A DNA stretch of 61,329 bases. It comes from Chiloscyllium plagiosum. Its lineage: Eukaryota. Shown piece by piece: positions 1-45,867 of the stretch. Where the stretch lies: positions 7,062,885-7,124,213 of the forward strand of contig NC_057754.1 in assembly GCF_004010195.1 (NCBI RefSeq), read 5' to 3'. The translations under genes and the position numbers were made by a program. Each line of letters opens with the position of its first letter. Position 1 is the first letter of the stretch. The notes below the pieces were generated by a model, which was not told where the DNA came from, ran no database searches, and saw only the letters and a list, made by a program, of their open reading frames with translations.

Positions 1-940
1 CAGTCCTTGCCTTTCCAAATACATGTACATCCTGTCCCTCAGGATTCCCTCCAACAACTTGCCCACCACCGAGGTCAGGCTCACCGGTCTATAGTTCCCT
101 GGCTTGTCTTTACCGCCCTTCTTAAACAGTGGCACCACGTTTGCCAACCTCCAGTCTTCCGGCACCTCACCTGTGACTATCGATGTTACAAATATCTCAG
201 CAAGGGGCCCAGCCATCACTTCCCTAGATTCCCACAGAGTTCTAGGATACACCGGATCAGCTCCTGGGGATTTATCCAGCTTTATATGTTTTAAGACATC
301 TAGCACTTCCCCCTCTGTAATCTGGACATTTTTCAAGACATCACCATCTATTTCCCTACAGTCTATATCTTCCATGTCCTTCTCTATAGTAAACACGAAT
401 GTAAAATATTCGTTTAATATCACCCCATCTCCTGCAGCTCCACACAAAGGCCGCCTTGCTGATCTTTGAGGGGCGCTATTCTCTCCCTAGTTACCCTTTT
501 GCCCTTGGTTAGCACCGCTGCCTCACAGCACCAGGAGCCAGAGTTCAATTCCAGGAGTTTGCACATTCTCCCCGTAATCTGTGTGCGTTTCCTCCGGGTG
601 CTCCGGTTTCCTCCTACAGTCCAAAGATGTGCAGGTCAGGGTGAATGGGCCATGCTAAATTGCCTGTAGTGTTAGGTGCAATAGTCAGGGGTGAATATAG
701 GGAAATGGGTCCAGGATGGTTACTCTTCGGAGGGTCGGTGTGGACTTGTTGGGCTGAAGGGCCTGTTTCCACACTGTAGGGAATCTAATCTTAACGTAAT
801 TGTAAAAACTCTTTGGATTCTCCTTAACCCTGTGAAAGCTATCTCACCTCCCATTTTCACCCAGCTGACTTCCTTAAGTACACTCCTGCCTTTACACGCG
901 ACTAGACATTCACCCGAACTCTGCTCTCTAGACCTGACAG
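1..940 (-). mobile_element. CR1-clade LINE ORF2 fragment
   Basis: The minus strand encodes EDWRLANVVPLFKKGGKDKPGNYRPVSLTSVVGKLLE; split by the SINE at 506-792. Confidence 0.92.
506..792 (+). mobile_element. HE1-type tRNA-derived V-SINE, 5'-clipped
   Basis: TGGTTAGCACCGCTGCCTCACAGC head, GTTTCCTCCGGGTGCTCCGGTTTCCTCC core, GGCCTGTTTCCACACTGTAGGGA tail; inserted into a CR1 fragment. Confidence 0.88.
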
Positions 941-964
941 ATGTGACACAGAGAGTAGACATCC

Positions 965-1245
965 TCGAGGCATTATCACTAGACTGTTAATCCAGAGAGC
1001 CAGGGAATGTTCTGGGGACCCAGGTTCGAATCCCTCCACGGATTTGAATTCAATAATAATCCAGAATTAAGAGTCTAATGATGGCCACAAAACCGATTGT
1101 AAGGAAAGGCCATCTGGTTTAGTCATGTCCCTTACGCAGTCTGGGCCTACACGTGACTCCAGACCCACAGCGATGTGATCGACTCTTAACTGCCCTCTGG
1201 GCAATTAAGGATGGGCAATAAGTGCTGGCCCAGCCAGTGACACCT
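965..1245 (+). mobile_element. Second tRNA-derived SINE family (name not certain)
   Basis: B box GGTTCGAATCC; core GTGACTCCAGACCCACAGC...GACTCTTAACTGCCCTCTG. Further copies at 36490-36712 (+) and ~39205-39415 (-). Confidence 0.75.
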
Positions 1246-2181
1246 TGTCTAAGAGAGAGAAGTGAGTGTGCAAGAGATGCACAGGGAAAGACTGCGAGCA
1301 TGAAACAGTGAGAGACAGAATGAAGAAAAACCAGAGAGAGATACCAAATGAGACAATGTGGAAGTGTGTGGGACGGAGAAAGGAACACAGTATGAGAGGG
1401 GGAGAGGACACGCACGGGAAAACAAAGGGCATAATTGTAAAGGCGGAGCAGGAGGGGCCTGAGGGTGTGCGCGCGGAGATTGAGAGCACAGTGAACAAAC
1501 CATACACCATCCTGGAACACAGTCCCACAGCAAGGTGGTGATGCTAAACTGGTATAAAACCGCGGCTTGGCATCGTTGGAATGGGGCATTCAGTTCTGGG
1601 CGCCACACGACTAGGGCGTCGGAGAGGGTGCACAGGGAAGATTCAGAAGATTGCCTGCAGGAATGAGGAGCTTCAGTGAACATGGACAGCAGAGACTGTT
1701 CTCGGGGTGGGGGTTGAATGCATTCGGAATCATGAGGGACACAGTAGAATATCTCAAGGAGAGGTGGGATGGCACTGCCCCATTGCCAAGGGGCCATCAA
1801 TGGACCTCCGTTGGGGGGGAGGGGGGGGGGCGGGAAGAAGGGGAGAGAGGGAAACTGCCGTGGCAAACAGCAGTGATGCATCACAGCTGGAGGCAGGGGG
1901 CGCAAAACCGCGGTGGTGGCTAGCGGAATGTCAACTCGACTGGTCACTCTGGGACAGAGAGGGTGTTCTTTGTGACGGGTGGCGACCAGCATCTTACCAT
2001 CGTTTAGAAAGCCCCGCCTGGGTTCACTTAATGGCTCCTTTTGGGGGGGGGGGGGGGGAACCCAACGCAGTCACCTCCCCATCGCTCCCCGAGATAACCG
2101 GGCAAGTCCCTGGGCTGCTGACCGGTGGGAGGCTTACAAAGCAGAGTCCAAGCAAACCAGCACATTGGTTGATCCGGTGCC

Positions 2182-2187
2182 TTTATT
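2182..2187 (-). terminator. Candidate polyadenylation signal AATAAA
   Basis: Minus strand ...TAAATATATTGTAATAAAGGC..., followed ~20-40 nt later by GU/U-rich GTGCTGGTTTGCTTGG. Confidence 0.55.
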
Positions 2188-2846
2188 ACAATATATTTAG
2201 TTACGGATGTATGGACAGACCACTGGCCGGGCACAGATCACCTTCAAAGGGTGCAAAGGGGGTTGGAGGGTCGGGGGGGTGGGGTGAGGATACAGAATGG
2301 TCATTCCCTGCCGCCCCCCCCCCCTTGCTGGTTATCGGGAGGGGAGGGGAAGGTGGTGACACACTGACCCAGGAACTGCCTAAGGGGTCACTGACCCCCC
2401 CCTCCCCCCAGGTATGTGCCTGGAAGGACATGGTGTGGCTTCACCCGGCACCAACCCCTGCCAGCTCCTTCCATTCATCCACTTTGCTGGCCATCGAAAT
2501 GTTTTCACTGCATTAACACTTTAAAATGTATGAAACCCTTTAGCTCCAAACAGTCTAACACACAATAGTTCTTGAACGCATAACAATCTTTTTTTTAATA
2601 TATAAACACATAAAATTACTTTGTATAGACATCACTAGATCTCCGTGCTCACCGCACCGCCCTCCCCCCCCCCCCCCAACCCCTGATTTACTTTAGCACC
2701 CAGAGCCTGCAGTCTCTATCCCAACCTCACATCCACACTCGTTCCTCTACCCCCTGCCCCTCCTCCAACGCTCTCAGCTTCCTGCTATGACTGCCCCAGG
2801 ATCTGGTGTGCAACCGGGTTATTATGCTCCCTTCCCACTGAGAGAC

Positions 2847-4042
2847 AGCGACAGGGGGAGCGACAGGGGGAGCGACAGGGGGAGCGACAGGGGGAGCGAC
2901 AGGGGGAGCGACAGGGGGAGCGACAGGGGGAGCGACAGGGGGAGCGACAGGGGGAGCGACAGGGGGAGCGACAGGGGGAGCGACAGGGGGAGCGACAGGG
3001 GGAGCGACAGGGGGAGCGACAGGGGGAGCGACAGGGGGAGCGACAGGGGGAGCGACAGGGGGAGCGACAGGGGGAGCGACAGGGGGAGCGACAGGGGGAG
3101 CGACAGGGGGAGCGACAGGGGGAGCGACAGGGGGAGCGACAGGGGGAGCGACAGGGGGAGCGACAGGGGGAGCGACAGGGGGAGCGACAGGGGGAGCGAC
3201 AGGGGGAGCGACAGGGGGAGCGACAGGGGGAGCGACAGGGGGAGCGACAGGGGGAGCGACAGGGGGAGCGACAGGGGGAGCGACAGGGGGAGCGACAGGG
3301 GGAGCGACAGGGGGAGCGACAGGGGGAGCGACAGGGGGAGCGACAGGGGGAGCGACAGGGGGAGCGACAGGGGGAGCGACAGGGGGAGCGACAGGGGGAG
3401 CGACAGGGGGAGCGACAGGGGGAGCGACAGGGGGAGCGACAGGGGGAGCGACAGGGGGAGCGACAGGGGGAGCGACAGGGGGAGCGACAGGGGGAGCGAC
3501 AGGGGGAGCGACAGGGGGAGCGACAGGGGGAGCGACAGGGGGAGCGACAGGGGGAGCGACAGGGGGAGCGACAGGGGGAGCGACAGGGGGAGCGACAGGG
3601 GGAGCGACAGGGGGAGCGACAGGGGGAGCGACAGGGGGAGCGACAGGGGGAGCGACAGGGGGAGCGACAGGGGGAGCGACAGGGGGAGCGACAGGGGGAG
3701 CGACAGGGGGAGCGACAGGGGGAGCGACAGGGGGAGCGACAGGGGGAGCGACAGGGGGAGCGACAGGGGGAGCGACAGGGGGAGCGACAGGGGGAGCGAC
3801 AGGGGGAGCGACAGGGGGAGCGACAGGGGGAGCGACAGGGGGAGCGACAGGGGGAGCGACAGGGGGAGCGACAGGGGGAGCGACAGGGGGAGCGACAGGG
3901 GGAGCGACAGGGGGAGCGACAGGGGGAGCGACAGGGGGAGCGACAGGGGGAGCGACAGGGGGAGCGACAGGGGGAGCGACAGGGGGAGCGACAGGGGGAG
4001 CGACAGGGGGAGCGACAGGGGGAGCGACAGGGGGAGCGACAG
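2847..4042. repeat. Perfect 12-bp tandem repeat (AGCGACAGGGGG) x ~99.7
   Basis: Read directly; no variant units seen. It accounts for the DRGS/CRSP/LSLP ORFs. Confidence 0.99.
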
Positions 4043-4789
4043 CCGCACCATTTGGGGAGAGGGGATGGGGACGTGCCCGACACCATGCTCACACCCCATA
4101 ACTCTCGGATAACCTTTGACCTCCACCCCAACACCATCACTGCAGGGGGCGGGGCAGGAGGGAGAGGCAGCTCCTGGAGAACTCCCCTGATCTGAGCAGG
4201 CAGCTGGGGTGGGGGGAGGCAGGCAGGAGGAGCCCCAGGGACGGTCCTCAGACAATCCCACTCCGTTTCGTTCGGGGACCGTTACTGAACGGTCTCGGGA
4301 CGGGCCAGGGCGGTATTTTACAAGCACGAAGCAGTCGGTTGGACTCTGCCCCCTCACCCCTGACCCCAGGCACACATACACACACACACGCTGAACAGGA
4401 AACATGAGCGTCTCATACTGCCCTTGGGTGGGGGCAACGAGCTGAGTGAATAGCCATGCAGTGCCACTGGTGCCTGTCGATACCTCCCTCCCCCACTGGG
4501 GCTGCTCCTGGGCACTCGAGGGGTGGGGGGAGAGCGAAGGAGAGGGTGGGGGTGGGGTGCGGGAAGGGAAGACGAGAACGAACCACGACCACCCGCTGCC
4601 TTTTCTCCATCCGTCAGGGAGGTGGGGCCCGCGCCCAGTGGAGCTGCCAGCGGAGACCCGGGCAGGGCACACAGGGAGGGAGGGAGGGAGGGAGGGTTAA
4701 CCTGTGCCCGATGTGAGCTGTCAGCTGTCAGCAGGGCTGTTGCTGCTGCATCCTGGTGGGCGGGAGAAAAGAGAAAAAGGAGGGAGAGG

Positions 4790-5562
4790 TCAGAGTCATA
4801 GAGATGTACAGCACGGAAACAGACCCTTCGGCCCAACCCATCCATGCTGACCAGATATCCCAACCCAATCTAGTCCCACCTGCCAGCACCCGGCCCATGT
4901 CCCTCCAAACCCTTCCTATTCATATACCCATCCAAATGTCTCTTAAATGTTGCAATTGTACCAGCCTCCACCACTTCCTCTGGCAGCTCATTCCATACAC
5001 GTACCACCCTCTGGTGAAAACGTTGCCCCTTAGATCTCTTGTATCTTTCCCTTCTCACCCTAAATCTATGCCCCTCTAGTTCTGGACTCCCCGACCCCAG
5101 GGAAAAGACTGCCTATTTATCCTATCCGTGCCCCCTCAATTTTGTAAATCTCTATAAGCTCACCCCTCAGCCTCCGACGCTCCAGGGAAAATAGTCCCAG
5201 CCTGTTCAGCCTCTCCCTGTAGCTCAAATCCTCCAACCCTGGTAACATCCTTATAAACCTTTTCTGAACCCTTTCAAGTTTCACAACATCTTTCAGATAG
5301 GAAGGAGACCAGAATTGCCAACACTCCCCAGGACCTTACCATTAAGTGGATAAGTCCCGCTAAGATTTGCTTTCCCAAAATGCAGCACCTCGCATTTATC
5401 GGAATTAAACTCCATCTGGCACTTCTCAGCCCATTGGTCCAGATCCTGTTGTAATCTGAGGTAACCCTCTTCGCTGTCCACTACACCTCCAATTTTGGTG
5501 TCATCTGCAAACTTACTACCTGTACCTCTTACACTCACATCCAAATCATTTATATAAATGAC
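4790..5562 (-). mobile_element. CR1 3' fragment inside the putative 3'UTR
   Basis: YINDLD...KFADDTKIGG (RT) and RVVRVWNELPEEVVEAG, ending in the (CTATGACT) tail. Confidence 0.92.
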
Positions 5563-6648
5563 GGTGACACCCTGAACCCAACACACTCAGCGGGGCAGGG
5601 GAAAGCTGAGAAAGAGGGACATCCCCCCCACCCCTCACTCACTGCTCCTCACCACCCTCCCTGTCCAGCCCGACCCCTTCCCTCCCTCCCTCATCCTCAG
5701 GCAGACACAGCTCAACCCGGACTCCGAACACTAAGGGATTCAGGAATGGCACAGGAAGGCTGGGGGTGGGGTGGCCTGCCATATTTGTCTGCGCTGGCGC
5801 CAGGAGGGGGGGGGGGGGGGGGCCTGCATGTTGACATCAGAGTACAGGCACGAAGAGGTTAGGCACACTCGCGCTCAGCCTCGACCTGGCGGGCCGTGCC
5901 CAGGTCTGGAGGACGACGGCTTTAGGCGCAGGAAGGGGACGGGAGAACGGTTAGATTGGAGGCTGCCGAGATTGTTCCTGGTGGAGGGGATTCGCGGACG
6001 ATGCTCGATAGGGTTCAGGCGACACCCGTCGGCAGAAAGGAGGAGACCCAGAGGGCACCGATTTAAGGAGACCGGTGGGAAAGGTTCCTCACGCGGCGTG
6101 CGGTTGGGATCCAGAACACGCTGCCCAACAGCGCCTTGGGTGGGATGTGGGGGGGGGGGAAGAAAGCAGCCAAAAGGAAACAAACTACAGGGAAGGGAGC
6201 AAGGGGAGTGAGATGTGACACACCTCTGCTGCCTGGAGCCAGTAGCAACTGGGTGGGCCAAATGGTCTCTGCTACGATTGCACGACTCAATGGCTCCCCC
6301 ACAGGCAGTCACCACTCACAACGTGTCCTAACGGGGAAGTGCTTCCTCAGAAGCGGAAGGTCAGGGAGCAGGAGGAACCAAAGCTCAAAGAGCACAAAGG
6401 CGCAGATTAAACCCACTGATGGAAGACTCGGAGCCGATCGCGGAGAGTTATCCGGATCGGGGACAGCTCAACCGGAAACGGGGGCGGGAGACAACTCCAG
6501 AAGGAAATTTTTGGGGCTGGAGATGGGTTCTGGAGGATGAGGAACTGACAGGGTCACGGCCTGGTGTCAAAGGGAGACCTTGGGGCTGGGGTCCTCAAGC
6601 AACATGAAACACAGCTCAATGATCTCTTCCTGTCAGATCACCTTTCTG

Positions 6649-38799
<32,151 letters not shown>

Positions 38800-39454
38800 C
38801 TGCATTGTTGGAGGGAGAGGGAAGACGACGTCAGTGTGTTTTGCAGGGGCAGAGCGAGTTAACAAAGCTGAACAGAAACACGGCCAAACAAACCAAGGAC
38901 AGGGAGCTCCCCCACTCACCAAACAGAGCCCGGACAGAGAGCATGCCCACCCCCCCCCCACCCAACGCCACTACTCCGCACAGAACAGGAGTGGCTGCTC
39001 AGTTCTTTAATAAACACATTCTCTTGTAGCATTTGGGCATTGCTGATAAGGATTGCATTTCTGGGGGGCCCTCGATTAAATAATCTAGAGGGCCACAGCG
39101 AGTCAGAGTTGTACAGCACAGAAACAGACCCTTCGGTCCAACATGTCCATGCCAAACAGATATCCTAAATGAATCTAGTCCCAACCTCCCAATCCGGTCG
39201 TTTCAGAGCAGAGTCAAGAGTCAGCCACTTTGCTGTGGGTCCGGAGTCATACTCTGGCCGTACCAGGTAAGGGTTTACCTCCCTGAAGGAGGCAAGTGAA
39301 CCAGAGGAAGGTTTTGATTTTACAATAATCGACGATTATCTCAGTAATGGACCAATCAGATGTAGTCAACAAATTGAACTTCCTCCAGCTGACCTGCTGG
39401 GATTTGAGCTTCCACCTTCAGACCATCCACATGTTCATTTCTGGTGTTCCCAAT

Positions 39455-39846
39455 AGAGGGAAGACGTTATTACATGTGACAGAGTGCAGAAACAATTTAT
39501 AAGGATGATGCTGGGATGGGAAGGTTTGAGCTATAGGGAGAGGCTGAATATGCTGGGGCTGTTTTCCCGGGAGCGTCAGAGGCTGAGGGGTGACCTTGAA
39601 GAGGTTTATAAAATCATGAGAGGCACAGTAAATAGACAAGGTCTTATTCTCAGGGTAGAGATCAAAAGCAGAGAACATAGGTTTAAGGTGAGAGGGAACG
39701 ATTTAAAAGGGACCCGAGGGACAACTTTTTCACCCAGAGGGTGGTGCATGTATGGAATCAGCTGCCAGAGGAAGTGGTGGAGGCTGGGACAATGACAACA
39801 TTTAAAAGGCATCTGGGATGGGCATATGAATGGGAAGGGTTTAGAG
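39455..39846 (+). mobile_element. CR1 3' fragment
   Basis: LSYRERLNMLGLFSRERQRLRGDLEEVYKIM. Confidence 0.9.
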
Positions 39847-40154
39847 CACCTCTGTGCTCCTGAGCAACAGCAGTTACCCTGATGGGGCAAGGGGCCTGGG
39901 AACAGGGGTATCTGCTGCTGATTTTCCTGCAGGCTCCTTAGCTCACACCTGTGTTCCCGATCGCAGCGAGCCACAGGGTACGAAGCAACCCCTGAATTTG
40001 TGGATACCGCAAACATACACGCTGCTGCTGCTGCCAACCTGCCGACTGAGTAAGGGACAGGAGGATGGGAGGGCATGGATTCAAAGGGACTTGCAAACAT
40101 CGCAACGGCAAGGTGGGAAAAGAAATCCTTCTCACACAGTGAGGGAATCACAGA

Positions 40155-40770
40155 AGAATCATAGAATCCCTCCAGTGTGGAAACAGGCCATTCGGCCCAA
40201 CAGGTCCACACCGACCCTCCAGAGAGTAACCTGCCCAGACCCATTCCTCTACTACACTACATTTACCCCTGACTCATGCACCTAACCTCCACTATGGGCA
40301 CTGCGGGACAATTTAGCATGGCCAATCCACCCTAACCTGCACATCCTTGGGCACTATGGGACAATTTAGCACGGTCAATCCACCCAAACCTGCACATCCC
40401 TGGGCACTATGGGGCAATTTAGCACGGCCAATCCACCCTAACCTGCACATCCCTGGGCACTATGGGGCAATTCAGCACGGCCAATCCACCCTAACCTGCA
40501 CATCCCTGGGCACTATGGGACAATTTAGCACGGCCAATCCACCCTAACCTGCACATCCCTGGGCACTGTGGGACAATTCAGCACGGCCAATCCACCCTAA
40601 CCTGCACATCCCTGGATATTGCGGCACATCTTTGGACTGTGGGAGGAAACCCCACACAGACACGGGGAGAATGCAAACTCCACACGGACAGTTGCCCGAG
40701 GGGGAATTGAACCCGGGTCCCTGGTGCTGAGAGGCAGCAGTGCTAACCACTGAGCCACCGTGCCACCCTA
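40155..40770 (-). mobile_element. HE1-type SINE with an internal ~53-bp tandem expansion (x ~6)
   Basis: Head at 40690-40770, tail at 40155-40290; repeated GGGCACTATGGGACAATTTAGCACGGCCAATCCACCCTAACCTGCACATCCCT. Confidence 0.92.
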
Positions 40771-42464
40771 AAGCACTGCCTGGCACATCGACGGCCCCAA
40801 CGTCTTGACCTTGCTGTCTAGGCAACCTGACCTTCATCTTACCGGATAGTAAAGGGTTATGGGACAGAACCAGAGGTGGGCCGTTTGGTCTCCTCTGTCA
40901 GCATGCCAGTGGTGTGATTCAGAGCCCGGGGGGGAGGGGGGGGGGGGTGAGCTGGCTGTTTGACAGGCCCCACAGCCACCAGCAGGTTTCTCACACAGTG
41001 CACCCAGCATCAAGGATAAACCAGGGCTGCCCTAACAGAGGGACGCAGCTGCACGCTAATACATTTGCAGCAACACACCATCCCTCTGTGTATCCCACCT
41101 CTCCCCTCACTGACAGCAAGGGACAGTCTAGGCCACCTCAGAGGAAGCATGTGACAACAGACAGGGCAAAAGAAATCGAGAGGTGGGCAGACGATACGTG
41201 GTTGCAGGACAGAGCGCACATAAGAGAGGAGTGGGGGGTGGGTCAAGGACATGACTGAGGCATACAGCATAGAAACAGGCACTTCGGCCCTGCCAGTCCA
41301 TGCTCACCACCATCCCAAACGAAACCAATCCCATCAGCCTCCACTTGGCCCCTATTCCCTCCAGCCATTTCTTATTCATGTACTTACTCAAACGTCTTGT
41401 GAACATTCCCTCATCCATCGCTCCCTCTGGAAGTTCATCCCCCCACACAACCCAACGCCCAAAAGTAACACAGACCCCAACGCAACAGACCCACACTGAA
41501 AGCCAGCAGGACAGAACAACATCGCTTCATGGAAATCACACTGATGACGTTACCCAGCAGGGTCAGCAAACATCCACACATGAACCCAGCAAGCTAACCA
41601 ACCATCTCGTTCACAACCCCAGTGACAGGCCTTCACCAAAACCTGAAATAAATAAATCTAAACCAGAAATGAGGCCCCTGGACTGCTGACCTTGAGCTTC
41701 AAGGGCAGTTCCAGCTCTTTAAGGCGCACATTGGACTCCTGTCTGGAGCTACCGTGCCCAAGTTCTCGATATTGTACCAGGTTTTAAGGAACTGACAGCC
41801 ACGAAACCTGGCCTACCACGATCTGAAGGAGTGCCGGAGGGGCCGAATAGGCTGCCGCGGTGCTTACACGAAGGACGCGAGCTGGCCCACCCATGTTCGA
41901 CACCCCCCCCCCTCCCCCGAAACGAGTCCCAGAGAGGCCGGATATCCTGACGTCTCATCAAATGGAGTAATGGGTGTGCATAGCATGTGCTTACCCATCA
42001 CAGCTGGGGACGGGGAGGGAAGCAGACAGCTTCAGACCCCACTCCCAGGGATGGGGCCCCCTTTAGGATCGGCGGCCTCAAAACCAATGCTCAATCCAGC
42101 CACCCAGATGGACGGTAACGTCTGGAGTAGCAGCACTCGCTCTAGCAGAAGGCCAATCAGTCCAATATGTCTGTGCTAGCCCCCTTGAGAGCACGGTCCA
42201 ATCGGCTCTACTCCCCTCAGCATTCATGGCCCAAAGCTCTCATCCTGGCCCACAATGTTGCTGCATCAATGGAGAGGATCCTGCCTTCCCATCACTGAAA
42301 CTCTTGGAGCCTGGTCGGCAGCACTTCCACAAACCAGGCGCACACCTTGCGTATCAGATCCCACAAAGAACACTGATGGAAATCTGCTCTGGTGATCAAC
42401 TTGCGTTCCTGGACACTGTTGTTTCAGGCAGCAGTCGTGAGGGGACTGACAGGGTCACGACTCA

Positions 42465-45180
42465 AAGAACAAAAGAAAATCTACAGCCCAGGGACAGGCC
42501 CTTCAGCCCTCCAAGCTTGTGCCAATCCAAACCCACTGTCTCAGCCCATCACCCAATTCCCAAGGATCTGTATCCCTCTGCTCCCCACCTACTCGTGCAT
42601 CTGTCTACTCATGAATCTACCGTGCCTGCCTCTACCACCTCTGATGGCAATGCGTTCCAAACGCCCACCACCCTCTGAGTGAAGGTACTTGCCGTGTGTA
42701 TCCCCCTTAAACTTTTCACCTCTCACCCTGAAACCGTCACCTCTCACCCTGAAACCGTGACCTCTCGTTATTGAATCCTTCACCCTGGGGAAAAGCTTAT
42801 CTCTATCCACCTGGTCTATACCCTTCATGATTTTGTAGACCACAATCATGTCCCCCTCTCAATCTCCTTTTTTCTAATGAAAACAATCTTAACCTACTCA
42901 ACCTCTCTTCATAGCTGGCACCTTCCATACCAGGCACCATCCTCATTAACCTTCTCTGCACCCTCTCCAAAGCATGCACACCCTTTTGGTAATGTGGCAC
43001 CCAGAACTGTACACAGTATTCTAAATGCGGCCGAACCAATGTCTTGTACAATTTTAACATGACCTGCCAGCTCTTATCTCAATACCCCGTCCAGTGAAGG
43101 CAAGCATACCATATGCCTTCTTGACCACTCTATCCGCCTGTGCAGCAACCTTCAGAGTACAATGGGCCTGAACTCCCAGATCTCTCTGCCCATTAACTTT
43201 GCCCAAGGCTCTTCCGTTTACAGTATACTTTGCTCTAGAATTAGGCTTCCCAAAATGCATCACCTCACATTTGTCTGGATTGAACTCTGTCTGCCACATC
43301 TCCGCCCAACTCTCCAGTCTATCTATATTCTTTGACAGTATTCTTTGCTTTTCTGCAACTCCACCAACTTCATGTCATCTGCAAACTTCCTGATCAGACC
43401 ACCAATGCCCTCTTCCAGATCGTTTATGTCTATCACAAACTACAGTGGCCCCAGCACTGACCCCTGTGGAACACCACTGGTCACCTTTCTCCATTTTGAG
43501 AAACTCCCTTCAACTACCACTCTGTCTCCTGTTGCTCAACCAGTTCTTTATCCACCCAGCTAGAACACCCTGCACGCCATGTGACTTCACTTTCTCCATG
43601 AGTTTACCGTGGGAAACCTTATCAAACACCTTACTAAAGTACACGTATATGACATCTACAGCCCTTCCTTCATCTAACAACTTGGTCACTTCCTCAAAGA
43701 ACTCTAAGTTGGTACGGCACGATCTCCCCCGCACAAAACCATGTTGCCTATCACTGAAAAGCCCATTCTCTTCCAAGTATAAATAGACCCCATCCCGCAA
43801 TAGCTTCTCCAGCAACTTTCCCACCACTGAAGTCAGGATCACTGGTCCATAGTTACCCGGAATATCCCTACTAACATTTTTGAACAGGGGGACAAAGTCA
43901 GCAACTCTCCAGTTCTCCGACACTGTGTTCACCTGTGTTTAAAGATGTTACAAGGATATCTGTCAGGGACCCAGCTATTTCCTCTCTCTCCTCTCCCTCA
44001 GTAACCTGGGATAGATCTCATCCAGTCCTGGGGATTTGTCTACCATAATATCCATTGGCCTACCCAACACCTCCTCCCTCCTTGTGTCAATGTGATCCAG
44101 AGTAAACAAACCTCTATCTCGAACCTCGACATTCATCATGTCCCTCTCCTCGGTGAACACTGACGCAAAGTAATCATTGAGAATCTCACCCATTTTCTCA
44201 GGTTCAACATACAACTTTCCTTCCTTATCCTTTAGTGTGCCAACCCTTTCGCTGGTTACCCTCTTGCTTCTTATATAGGAATAAAAGGCCTTGGGATTCT
44301 CCTTAATTCTGCTCGTTAAAGTTATTTCATGACCCCTTTTAGCCCGCTTGATTCCTCGTTTAAGATTGGTCCCACTCTCCCAAAATTCCTCCAAAGCCTG
44401 TTCTTAGCTGCCTGGACCTTATAAAAGCTCCCCTTTTCCTCTTGGCTAGTTGCACAATTTCTCCTGTCATCCAATGTCTCACCCAAAATACAGAGCACCT
44501 CCTACACTTCAGCCCTCCACCCCACAGTCAAATAGTCGTACGGCAGGGAAACAGACCTGTTGGGCCAACTCATCCACGCTGACCAGTTATCTTAAATTAA
44601 TCTAGTCCCATTTGCCAGCACTTGGCCCATATCCCTCCAAACCCTTCCTATTCATGTCCCCATCCAGATGCCTTTTAAAATGTTGTCATTGTGCCAGCCT
44701 CCACCACTTCCTCTGGCAGCTCATTCCAAGCACGCACCACCCTCTGGGTGAAAATCTTTTCCCCTCTCGCCCTAAACATACACTCTCTAGCTTTGGACTC
44801 CTTTACCCTTGGGAAAAGACTGTATAAACCTCCATAAGTTCACTTCTCATGCTCTGGAGAAAATAGCCCTGGCTTATTCAGCCTCTCCCCGTAGCTCAAA
44901 TCCTCCAACCCCGGCAACATCCGTGTAAATGTTTTCTGAGCTCTTTCAAGTTTCACAATATCCTTCCAATAGCAGGGAGACCAGAACTGAATGCAGTGTT
45001 CCAAAAGTGGTCTACCCAATGTACTGTAAAGCTGCAACATGACCTCCCAACTCCTGTACTCACCAATAAAGGCGAGCATACCAAACGCCTCCTTCACTCC
45101 CCTTGTCTACTTGCGACTCAACGTTCAAGGAACTATGAGCCTGCACACCGAGGTCTCTTTGCTCGGAAATACTCCCCAGC
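42465..45180 (-). mobile_element. Two tandem CR1 fragments (42465-44480 and 44530-45180)
   Basis: QHGFVRGRSCRTNL, FSKVFDKVSH, LVRPHLEYCVQFW; a second 3' end near 44530. Confidence 0.9.
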
Positions 45181-45236
45181 CTCCGCCTGCCTGCGTTATG
45201 GTCCTGTGGGTCAGCAAGTGTAGCTCGAGTACACAA

Positions 45237-45433
45237 GTGCTTGACTCAAGTGGAGAGAGAGAGAGAGAGAGCGAGCATGTGCACACAGAGACACAGACCG
45301 AGCGCGAGACACAGAGGGGGAGGGGGAGAAATGGAGTGCTTGACTCAAGTGGAGAGAGAGAGAGAGAGCGAGCGTGTGCACACAGAGACACAGACCGAGC
45401 GCGAGACACAGAGGGGGAGGGGGAGAAATGGAG
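45237..45433. repeat. ~99-bp direct duplication containing (GA)n
   Basis: GTGCTTGACTCAAGTGGAGAGAG...GGGGAGAAATGGAG present twice. Confidence 0.9.
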
Positions 45434-45867
45434 GGGGAGGGGGATCACGGCTCACAGAGAAGGAGCCCTAACCCACAAAAGCAGACCCCGAACCTTCTTT
45501 CCATGGGGGCCAGGTCAGGGAGTGAGTTCGACCTGCCAACTCACACAGACAGGAGGGAAAGACAGCTGAAGGGAACTGGAGAGGTTAATATTACCTTCAA
45601 AAGGGAAGGAATGGACGGGAGGACATGGGTTCAAGCTGATTAGCGATAAACTGATTAAACAATCAGCCATCGACAGTTATAATGCACAGTGGGCTGGTGA
45701 AAATCTCTGAAATTATCCGGTTAGCGGGAGTGCAGTATTATTTGTTTTTCCTCAGGAGGATGCGATCAAAGGGGGCCAGGGTCTGCAAAGATCTGACCGG
45801 CAGCACTGGGATAATAGCCAGAATCAAGAACAAGGAGATAGTGAGGAGTGCAGATGCTTAAGAAATC

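Larger units (their letters stand above)
2165..6648 (-). other. Putative long WDR26 3'UTR
   Basis: Lies between the probable stop and an AATAAA at 2182-2187. Contains an AT-rich island (2500-2640) of the kind seen at 3'UTR ends. Inferred; no transcript data. Confidence 0.5.

Noticed and set aside
2785..4672. DRGS, CRSP and LSLP repeat ORFs resembling SR, keratin-associated or protamine-like proteins
   Set aside because: Products of the 12-bp array; no synonymous variation or other sign of coding
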